The translations under genes were made by a program, and so were the position numbers. A DNA stretch of 56,583 bases, counting the filler, from Catajapyx aquilonaris (lineage: Eukaryota), in assembly GCA_000934665.2 (NCBI GenBank). It is 2 parts of 2 records of this genome, joined end to end, with 100 filler letters (N's around TTAATTAATTAA, not from the genome) between each part and the next. Parts side by side here need not be neighbours in the genome. Positions count along the whole stretch, not along the records: positions 28,380 to 56,583 come from JYFJ02004954.1; 1 more part is not named here. One strand, written 5' to 3'. The notes beneath the pieces are model-generated. The model saw only the letters and a list, made by a program, of their open reading frames with translations. It had not been told where the DNA came from and ran no database searches. Shown here piece after piece: positions 41,017 to 49,947 of this stretch; the stretch's first letter is position 1; the number at the start of each line of letters is the position of its first letter.

Positions 41017-41322
41017 AGGACCTTCCAGTGAAAGTCACCCCAGAGAGGTACCTCCTGAGAATAACATGGCCCCATGGCCCTATGACCTTTTCCCGGCGTG
41101 CAGAGGTCAACTCGCGAGATTCCAACTTATCTTCTTCAAATTTTGTGGGTAGGGAGTCCACACCAAGGGATGAAAGACGCAACTCTGCCCTCTCTGACCA
41201 CAAAATTTGAAGAGGATCGGATGGAATTTCGAGAATTGACCTCTGCACGCCGGGAAAGGGGTCACATGGTCATGTTATTCTCAGGAAGGACCTCTCTGGG
41301 GTGACTTTCTCTGGAAGGTCCT
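41017..41322. repeat. Long inverted repeat (arms ~41017-41148 and ~41198-41322, 49-nt spacer)
   Basis: aggaccttccagtgaaagtcaccccagagagg...tcttcaaattttgtgg pairs with ccacaaaatttgaaga...cctctctggggtgactttctctggaaggtcct. A third partial copy lies at ~39945-40020. Confidence 0.9.
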
Positions 41323-41337
41323 CTGGAAGTGCCTTCC

Positions 41338-41437
41338 CGGGTACACGGCGGGAGTAGCTGTGACTCTGTTGAGGCTTCTTGATGCCTCTCCGGCTCTTTG
41401 GCGACGCACCTGAGCGCATTAACGAGATTCCCACTGT
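41338..41437 (+). pseudogene. Isolated, diverged 28S rRNA fragment spanning the R2 and R1 insertion-site region
   Basis: Gap-free alignment to the conserved 28S stretch CGGGTAAACGGCGGGAGTAACTATGACTCTCTTAAGGTAGCCAAATGCCTCG...ATTAACGAGATTCCCACTGT (recalled). About 76/100 identities by hand, with the last 20 nt identical; no rDNA similarity seen upstream. Confidence 0.8.
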
Positions 41438-41446
41438 ATGCCGCGC

Positions 41447-42609
41447 GGGTAAAGTCCCACTCTGGGATCGCCGGGAATGATCTGGCAGATGAGATAGCGA
41501 GGGAAGCCGCCTCCGGAGAGGGAGGAGTACTTCATCAGCTGCCCGCCTCCAGGGCTGTACGGAGAGGTGAATGGAGGGCGGCGTTGGCGACAGCCTGGCA
41601 GGAAAGATGGGATCTCAAGGGTAATCCGTGGCCCAGGAGCTTTCTTCCCGTAGTTTCAGGGAAAGCCCACATCCATGGTCATATAGCACGGATGATAACG
41701 GACCACGGCCCCTTTTTGGGATATTTGGCCAGGTTCAAACTGCTGGGGGACAGGTGGGCATGCGGGGGAGCATGTCCCTGTGGTCAGGGAATTCAGGAAG
41801 CCGAACATCTCCTGTTGGACTGCCTGCTGCCAGTAGTGCTGCAGGCTCGTCTTGAACTTCTGAGTGCGTCGGTGAGCGCGGGCGACGGCTGGCCGCCCTT
41901 GTGGTCAACCCTGGTTCATCGAAGCCTGCGGGCCTTTAATGTCTTTTGTTTAACTGTAGACTCATACCGCGCGGAGGAGAACGTAGGTTGAGATTTGAGG
42001 CGGATTGATTGAGATTGTCTCTCATTTAAAGATATTCACTCGCGGTCAGCTTTCTTTTATTATTCTGTTCGTGGATTTCGGGGTCAGGAGATGCTCTTGT
42101 TTTAGTGGGTTTAAATTTTTATTCTGGCGGATAATCCGTCATCGTTGTTTAACTTGTGCGGACGGCTCCGACCCGCCTGGCGTTTGCGTGAGCGCGGACG
42201 GGATTGGTAGGTGCCGGGGTGGCGCCGCTTTGCTGATGGGGTCCGGCTCACGTCGTGGTGGCCGGACGGGCAGGAGCCGTCCGTGGTTTGTGTTGCATCT
42301 CCTGGCTTGGGGTTGTGATGTTTTTGATTGTTGAGTCTCAGTGTTGAGTGTTTAATGTTGGCTGTCAGTCTCTTTCTTTTCCGGCATAATTTGTTTATGG
42401 CTTTATTTTCTCACTTAATGAGGTTTTGTTTTGGAGGAGATATTTGAATTCATTTGAATGCTGGGACTATCGCTCTTCAAGCGTTGAATTAGTATACTCA
42501 TGATGCCATGTCGGCGAGTACACAGTCTCCTTGTTGATATTTTAGGACCCTGATCGGGTCAGGGGGTGAAAGGCTATGCCGGGCCGCCCCCTTTAAAATT
42601 AACTTTCAC
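41447..42609 (+). mobile_element. R1-like unit A, 5'-truncated (end of RNase H, CCHC finger, 3' UTR)
   Basis: RVKSHSGIAGNDLADEIAREAA...CPCGQGIQEAEHLLLDC, stop at 41991; distinct subfamily with its own 3' UTR. Confidence 0.85.
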
Positions 42610-42612
42610 TGT

Positions 42613-45402
42613 ATGCCGCGCACCCCAATTGGGGAACTTGAGCAGGCCGCGGAGGACTTCCAAAAGCTGTGTCTCTCGGCTGCCCACGAGAATATTCCTA
42701 GGAGAAAGGTCGCTGCTCGAGCGGCGGCCTGTCAATTTTGGTCCCCAGAATTAGGGCGACTCAGACGAAAAGTGAGGGCAGCCCGGCGAGAGTGGCAGGC
42801 GGCTCGGGGTCGTGGGTGTGGCTTGGAGAGAGAGCTCCACCGAGGTTGGCGTCAGGCAGCCAGGACGTTCAAGAAGGCGATCGTCACCCACAAGAAGGTC
42901 AGCTGGGAGAAGTTCTGTGAGAGGGAATCTCGGAGGGATCCCTTCTCCCTGCCGTACAAGATTATCAGGGAATCCTTCGGTCAAAGAGTGACCAGTACGG
43001 GCGGAATTGAGGCCCAGGTCGGGACCAGCATGGCACAGCTAGACACAGCCCTGATTGAGAAGTACTTCCCACGAGACCCGGGTACTTGGGACCCTGGGAT
43101 CCTAACCATCAGGGACGATGTTGGGAGCGATACTGTGCCTCTGACCATGGGTGAACTGAAATCCGTCATTGCTGCCATGGACCCTCGTAAGGCTATGGGC
43201 CCTGAAAACTTGCCGCTCTCATGTTTAGCCCACATTCTCGAGTCAGCAGGCCAGTATTGGTTGGCCCTGCTGAACAGGCTGATGGGGGCATGGAAATTTC
43301 CACAGGCATGGAAGCTGTCCAGGGTTGTTTGGATACCCAAGGATCAACAGGGGGCCGTGAGGCCGTTGTGCCTGGCGCCTGCTCTGGGGCGGGTGTTCGA
43401 CAAACTCCTCAACGCAAGGCTCATGCATTGGGCAGAGAAGGAGCAAAGACTCCATGAGAACCAGTTTGGTTTTCGCCCGGGCCGAGAAGTGGTCGATGCG
43501 GTTGAAACACTCGTTGGCGCGATAGAGCGGGCTTGGGAACGCAAACATCATGGCCTCCTGATAAATTTGGACATTAAGAATGCCTTCAATAGTGTCCCTC
43601 ATCAGCAGGTTCTGCGGGGCCTGATCAAGAAGGGCTGTCCTCACGGTCTAATGGGCATAATCTCTGACTTTTTGGGGCCTCGCCAGGTTGTATTTGGGGA
43701 TCGTGAGTTTGTTATGGATCGCGGGTGCCCGCAAGGCTCAAGCCTGGGACCGGCCCTGTGGAATTTGTCGATGGAGGAGTGGTTCACACTCGCCGACGGC
43801 GTTCCCGGGGTCCGGCTGCAGGCCTACGCCGATGACCAATCAGTTTTAATAACGGGCCCGTCGGTCAAGGCCATTGAGGCCTCCTGGCATGAGGTAGAAG
43901 CAAACATTTCCCGGTGGGCACGGGAGATGCAGCTGGAATATAATCAGGGGAAAACTGAAGGATTGTTCCTCCAACGTCAAGGTTGGAGGCTGAACAAGAT
44001 CCGCCCCCCCGTTATCAGGATTGACGGAAAGGACCTAGAACTGGGTCGGCCGATTAGGACTCTGGGCATATATGTAGATAGCGGTCTGACGTGGATTCCC
44101 CACGTGGAGACCGCCGCGTCTAAGGCCAGGGATATGGCCTCCCGAATATGGCGTGTGGCTGGGCTGGGGTGGGGCATGACCCCCTCCAGCCGGCGAATGG
44201 TTTTGAGAGGGGCCATACTTCCTATGATCATGTTCGGGGCGGAGGTGTGGGGGATAAACTCACACACTCTGAGCATTAGACAGAAATTGATGTCGGCGGC
44301 TCGCCCATTCCTTCTGTCCACGACCAGGGCATACAGGACCACGGCCAGTGAGGCCCTCTGCGTGATGACCGGGATGATCCCTCTGGACATCCAGGCCAGG
44401 TCGGCATGGTGTATGCGTCAAGAGGTGTTGGGGTGTGCGGAGAGACTGTCTGTGGTCGGAGAAAGTACGATGGCACGACCACCGTGGGATCGCTTTGAGA
44501 GCAGAGTCGAGATTTGGGAACAAGATGCCGCCCCTGGGGGGTATGAGCTTTACACGGATGGTTCGGTCTTCCCGAGCATTGGCACGGGCGGTTCAGTCGT
44601 GGGCTTTGACCCCGGCGGCTCGGAATGCATCCGTGAGGGACTCACCTTTCCTGCGGGCACTACCATTTTCCAGGCGGAGCTGGCGTCAATAATTCGTGGC
44701 ATAGAATACGCGGCGGAGAGGGCGCTTGGCCCTCGCGTTCGCATAATATCGGATTCATACTCTGCTCTCCAGACCGTGGTGAATCCCCGTACCACTGACG
44801 GTCTCATCCAAAAGGCACAAAGGAGGATAATGGAAATGGGCAGCCCAGTCGAGCTGGCCTGGGTGCGAGGGCACTCGGGCGTGGCAGGAAACGAAGCGGC
44901 GGATGAGGTCGCTAAGGCCGCGGCGCATGGGCAGGGAACTCCACATGCGATGCCGACTCCTCGAGCGGCAATGAGGAAGGGTTGGAGAGTGGCCATGTTA
45001 GAGGATTGGCAGAAAAGGTGGGAAGAGCGAGGGAATGCCTGGCCGCGTGGCTTTCTTCCCGCCGTGTCGGATGAGGTACACTTGTACGGACCCGTGGCAC
45101 ACGTAATTACTAATCATGGCCCCCTTTTGGGCTATTTAGCGAGATTCCACCTCTTGGAGGAAAAGTGGGCATGTGGGGGTGCCTGCCCATGTGGCCGAGG
45201 CATGCAAGACTCGGAGCACATTATGTTTGCTTGCATGCTCCCGCAAATTCTCCCAGAACGGACTGCGCTTCTTGCGGCCTCTGTTACGGCGGGGGAGGGA
45301 TGGCCCCCGAACCGACGATCACTATTGGACTCAAGCAGTAAGCCGGCATTCATCAACTTTTGCCAAAGAGTGGTCCATTTTCTCGAGGAGGAAAATAAAT
45401 AA
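42613..45402 (+). CDS. ORF2 portion: reverse transcriptase + RNase H + C-terminal CCHC finger (929 aa open, no APE domain)
   Basis: KAMGPENL, QFGFRPGR, LDIKNAFN, GCPQGSSLGP, QAYADD, YTDGS, SDSYSAL, WVRGHSGVAGNEAAD, CPCG..SEHIMFAC. The ATG comes from the junction 12-mer. Confidence 0.85.
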   Translation: MPRTPIGELEQAAEDFQKLCLSAAHENIPRRKVAARAAACQFWSPELGRLRRKVRAARREWQAARGRGCGLERELHRGWRQAARTFKKAIVTHKKVSWEKFCERESRRDPFSLPYKIIRESFGQRVTSTGGIEAQVGTSMAQLDTALIEKYFPRDPGTWDPGILTIRDDVGSDTVPLTMGELKSVIAAMDPRKAMGPENLPLSCLAHILESAGQYWLALLNRLMGAWKFPQAWKLSRVVWIPKDQQGAVRPLCLAPALGRVFDKLLNARLMHWAEKEQRLHENQFGFRPGREVVDAVETLVGAIERAWERKHHGLLINLDIKNAFNSVPHQQVLRGLIKKGCPHGLMGIISDFLGPRQVVFGDREFVMDRGCPQGSSLGPALWNLSMEEWFTLADGVPGVRLQAYADDQSVLITGPSVKAIEASWHEVEANISRWAREMQLEYNQGKTEGLFLQRQGWRLNKIRPPVIRIDGKDLELGRPIRTLGIYVDSGLTWIPHVETAASKARDMASRIWRVAGLGWGMTPSSRRMVLRGAILPMIMFGAEVWGINSHTLSIRQKLMSAARPFLLSTTRAYRTTASEALCVMTGMIPLDIQARSAWCMRQEVLGCAERLSVVGESTMARPPWDRFESRVEIWEQDAAPGGYELYTDGSVFPSIGTGGSVVGFDPGGSECIREGLTFPAGTTIFQAELASIIRGIEYAAERALGPRVRIISDSYSALQTVVNPRTTDGLIQKAQRRIMEMGSPVELAWVRGHSGVAGNEAADEVAKAAAHGQGTPHAMPTPRAAMRKGWRVAMLEDWQKRWEERGNAWPRGFLPAVSDEVHLYGPVAHVITNHGPLLGYLARFHLLEEKWACGGACPCGRGMQDSEHIMFACMLPQILPERTALLAASVTAGEGWPPNRRSLLDSSSKPAFINFCQRVVHFLEEENK

Positions 45403-46291
45403 GACGGTTGCAGCCAGTGAGCGAAAAGGATTGGATGGATGCTCTGGAAGCAGTGGGGTGTCGGATCAAGGATGGACAGCTGCGGAGGTGCGCAGAATTT
45501 TAATCTGGTGCCAGTCCTGGTTCCCAATGAGGGATCCTAAGACGCAGTTAGACAAGCAGAGGTCCATGCTTGCGAAGATGAACACGCTGGGACTGACGGA
45601 GCGTCGGAAGGAGGATGGACAGCTGGGATGCAGCAGACAAGCAGAGGTCCATGTTTGTAATATATTGAAATAAATGTTTGAACCTTTTTTCTACGCTGGG
45701 ATGTGAAGTCCCATTATATGAGCAAGGTTGGGGCCAAAATCTTAAGGATGAGTAGCCTAAGTTTTACGGTTAATTATACCGAGTGGTACGCCCGCAATCT
45801 TTAAATTGTCCCCTTTGCCTCGGGCCACTGGCGGAGGCGGGGGCGCTGGCGGGACTTGGGCTGTGCTGAGGTGGTGTTGGTCTCCCGAGTGGGGCTGGGC
45901 CCTCGAGTAGTGGCCGGAGGTCCGAGGCAACGGGTGTTTTGTCTGGCCTCACCTATGCTCATTCTTTCTTTTTGTTTTAATTTGTTTGTGGGGCTTCCAG
46001 GAAGTGTTGCTTTCCTTATATAGTTTCTTCATCCGACATTTTCTTTTGCTGCCATTATCGGCCCCCGTCCCTCGGGACGGGGGTCGGACAGCCAATAGTA
46101 TGCCACTTACTGGATTATTGTTTTTGAAGGACCCATTTGAATTTCCTTGGATGCCAGGGACGGTTCGAAGTTGAAGAACACAGAATTAGGCGCCTTGGAG
46201 AGCGCACGGGGTCTCTCTGGATTTAGGGCCCTGATTGGGCCGGGAGGTCGAAAGGCAATGTCGGGCCGACCTCCCTAAATATACATTTCAA
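42622..46291 (+). mobile_element. R1-like unit B, 5'-truncated (lacks ORF1 and endonuclease)
   Basis: Closely colinear with unit D from ~50695 onward, including most of the 3' UTR. Confidence 0.9.
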
Positions 46292-46303
46292 TGTATGCCG
46301 CGC

Positions 46304-47710
46304 CTAGGTTCGGCCTGCTGGGAGACCGGGAGGCCTGCTGTGGCGCCTGCCCCTGCGGGCTAGGTATCCAGGACGCTCAGCACATTCTCCGATACTGCCG
46401 GATCCCGGAAGTGGTAACGGCCCGCCACAAGATGCTGGTACAGTCTGTTAGAGAGGGCCTAGGCTGGCCTTGCTCCGCCAGGACTCTGCTCGGGCGGGGG
46501 TTCTCAGCGTTTAATTCCTTCTGTCTGGAAATTGACCAGTTTTTTAGAGTAGAGAATGTCTGATTGATTGCTGCCTTTCCACACTATGTCGTCGCCTGCG
46601 GGAGTGGCTCCGTCCTGGCGGGAGTTAGTGGGGAGGCTCGCGGCGGGACCCTTGAGCTGCGGTGGTCCCTCTCCTTAGAGGGACGTGTCGGTAAACATCG
46701 GTGAGGAGCGGGCGTTCGGAGAAGTGGCCAGGGCGGCTCCCTTGTCCTGCGGGTGGGGGGGGGGGGTGGTGTCTCCCACAGGACTGTTGTTTCCAACATG
46801 GGCAGTTTTCGTTAAGGATCCTCTATCCGGGTCAGTTCCGGACATTTCTTTCTTTATTTTCTTTTTCTTAGGCCAGTTCAGGGGTTAGTTACCCCGGTCA
46901 AACCGGGTTTTATAGTCTTACGATTTTATTCAGGAGGCTTCTTTGGAGACCCTCAAAGGGGAACCGCCCCTCTCACCCGGCGTTGGCGGGGCGTGGTGTG
47001 AGCGCTCGGTCAGGTGCTGAGGTGGTGCCTCTCGGCCGAGCGGCCCGCCTCGTAGCTGTGGCCGGTAGTGGGGAGGGCGGGACCTAGCGTAGTGGGAAGT
47101 TGTTTTTAGGGTCTTAAGATTTTGGGTTTTTACTTGAGGGGTGCCTCCGGGGTGGTGAGGGGTCATGGTGTCCTCTTGGACCCCGTTGAGAGTCGTCCTC
47201 ATTTCGGCTCGGCGCTGGCGCTTACGCTGCCTGTTTCTTGTTGTCTTGTCTCTCCTCGGCTTGGCGGAGCCCCCCTTGGCCTCCGGTTAGGGTCGCCCCC
47301 TGCGCCCGCCGGTTTTCTCGGGGGCTCGTTGCGGGCCGGGGTTGTACTTCTGTGTGAGTTTGTGGCGTGCCCGCAGGCGGGCGTCATTGTCAGTAGTTAG
47401 CCTTCGCTTATTAATGTAGTGAGTAGTCCTTTCTTTCTGACTTTCTTTTTCTGGCATTTTCTTTTGGTCCCCCGTGCCCTCAGGGCCGGGGGGGGGCTCT
47501 GCTCTATTGCTTTCCACTTAATGGACCCTTTCTTTGAAAGACATATTTGTATTCAACAGCATGTCAGGGACGCCGTTTGCATCGCGGAGAATTAGGTACA
47601 CTAGACCCATAAGGTAAGTACAGGGTGTCTTACAGATATTTCAGGAACCTTGATAAGGTCGGAGGGCTTAAAGCTATGCCAGGCAGCCCTCCTTAAACAA
47701 TACATTTCCC
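46304..47710 (+). mobile_element. R1-like unit C, heavily 5'-truncated (CCHC finger + ~1.15-kb 3' UTR)
   Basis: RFGLLGDREACCGACPCGLGIQDAQHILRYC...ENV* (stop 46563); third subfamily with a different 3' UTR but the same terminal structure. Confidence 0.85.
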
Positions 47711-48298
47711 TGTATGCCGCGCCTCACGGACCACCCTAGTTTTGTGGTTCCTACGTCTTAGCCCAGCGTGGGTACTTGCGGCTGCTGGGCCTGAGTACCA
47801 GGGTGTCAACGTTGGAATTACTGCTGGGACTTAACCTCTGAGAGGGGGGAGGAGGTCTTTGTTTGGTTCGCGGCCGTCTTATTGATAGACGGTTCGTTGC
47901 CGGCATAACCGACTCCTGGATAGTGGTTCGAGACCGATCGGAGAATCCGAGACCTAGGTGAGAGCGGAGCGTCTTCCCGGCGCTCCGAGCGAGCCACAGG
48001 CCACAGGGCCCGGCTGGGATCGATTGCCAGGGGGTGCCCCTGGTCGTCGGCCTTGTCTGGAGTCCGGGTGGGGAGTGAGCGTTGAGGGGTCCCTAACACT
48101 ATAGGGAGTGCCCCTCCTCGCCGACTCAAGCGGACCGAGATAGCGGCCGCGCCCCCTCAGGGCCGTGGGTGGGTTGGTTTGATTTTGTTATATTGTCCGT
48201 ACCTTTTTGCTTTTTGTCTTGTCTCGTTACGTCTTGCCAACCTTTGTCGAGAGGAATCCCGTTAAGGAGTGAAAGGCCGTGTGAGTGAGAGCCACGGG

Positions 48299-49947
48299 AT
48301 GCCGCGAACGTCGCTAGATGGGAACTTTTCACCCACTAGGGCATTGCAGCACAACCCACCAGCCAAGGCCAAGGAGTCTCCACTGCTGACCTAGTCCTCG
48401 TTGGCGGGGTGGTCGAGGGGAGGAACAGGCTTGCCGCCTGCCCCTCAGGCCCCCAGACGCACCCTCTCTGTAGATAGAAAGGGCCGGAAGTCGAAGGCCA
48501 GGGACGATCCCAATGATGGTGAGGATCCAAAACGTGGAAAGGCTGCAAGTGGGGAGAAGAGCGACGAGACTGACGACCGTGGCAGTGACGGCGAAGACAT
48601 TGAAATTGATCTCGATGACTCGGAGCGGGGTGAGGAAGCGACCCAGGCGGAGAGCTCCGAACGAGGAAGTACTGAGAGCACGGCTCAGGAGATTCGAGCC
48701 CAGATTTTTGGGCAAGAAGTGGGAGGAGTCGGAGAAGACTGGCCTGAAAAAGAAAAGGCAATACGAGAACGCTTTGAGCTCACAGAAGGAGGACTGCAGG
48801 TGGAGGTCACGGTGCTCGTGGAGCTCGTGATCACTGCAGTGTCTCGAGAACAGGCTAGTAAGATATCAGTTACCCGGAGTGATCAGGCGGCCGCCAAGAA
48901 GGCGCTGTCTAGAATTAAAGATGCGTTTTAGGTGATGATCGGACGAAACCAGGCCCTGAGGGGGGAGGTAGCCTGCTTGACCGTCGAAAGGGATATGCGC
49001 CAAGAATGGCAAAAGGAATGCGCAGATTTGCGGAAGGAAGTGTCCGAACTGCGAAAAGCGGTGTTGAGCAGCCGCGGTAAAGGAGTCAACAATAAGCCCG
49101 CACTATCCACTGCCGGTCAGGCGGGACCTTCCGTCCCCCCTCGGGGGGCTAGTGGAGTGACATTTGCCGGAATAGTTGCGGGTCCGAGCCGTCCAGTGCG
49201 TGCGCCGGCGAGCCCTCAATTCCCGGTTCTGGTGGAGATTGCAGAAGATCAGGTGCCAACCCAGGCGTCGGTCAAAGCCATTCTGCGTACTAATATGCCT
49301 GAGGAGATATTAGAAGAAGGGTTTAAGGCAGCAGGAAAGATCAGGGGCGGATTTCGGGTGGCATGCCGATCAGAGGCCCAGAAAGGACAAGTAATGAAAG
49401 TGCTTACGGACAAAGGCTTCGCGGCACGAGAAGCGGTCCAGCGCAGACCGGCCCTTTCATTGGAGTCGAGGAAGGGTATTCAGATGAAGCATTGTTAGAA
49501 GAGCTCTCTGCGAAGAATAAGGCCCTTGTGGCTGACCATCAGCCACTTAAGAATCATGTCCGCATAGTTAGCGTCCGTAACTGGGCTAATACAGACCGCC
49601 AGAACTGGGTCCTTGAGGTCACGCCGGCGCTGCACGGCAAGATGTTAGAGTCTGGCAGTCTGAGGGTCGATGTTGAAATGTGTCGAGTGGAGGACATGGT
49701 CCGTACGGATCGATGCTTTCGCTGCTCGGCATATGGACACACGGCCAGATCATGTCGTGCCAAGGCTAGTTGCGGTAAATGTGCAGAAGAGCATGAGACT
49801 CGGGACTACACCTCGACCTTCACCTGTTGTCCTAACTGCAAATTGGCCGGTCTTGAAGACACAGGGCATGGGGCCTGGGCAGAAATATGCCCGACCTGGC
49901 AAAAGCGAAAACTACAATTGGCAAAACGTATCCATAATGGGTACTAA
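48299..49947 (+). pseudogene. ORF1 gag-like nucleic-acid-binding protein with three Cys/His knuckles
   Basis: ATG at 48299 (MPRTSLDG..) is in frame with ORFs 48401 and 48932 through TAG stops at 48392 and 48929; frameshift near 49455; CFRCSAYGHTARSC, CGKCAEEHETRDY, CPNC..H..C. Confidence 0.8.

Noticed and set aside
41338..41437. Functional 28S rRNA gene
   Set aside because: Only ~100 nt, no flanking rDNA, and universally conserved positions are altered.
46231..46253. Hammerhead-like CTGATTG..GAAA in the 3' UTR
   Set aside because: The core is not CUGANGA, stems I/III are missing, and cross-family covariation supports a different double-hairpin fold.
47761..47800. HDV-like ribozyme at the element 5' end
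   Set aside because: Only 6 nt lie between the P2-like 5' strand and the P1 3' strand, leaving no room for P3/L3, and there is no P4 or J4/2.
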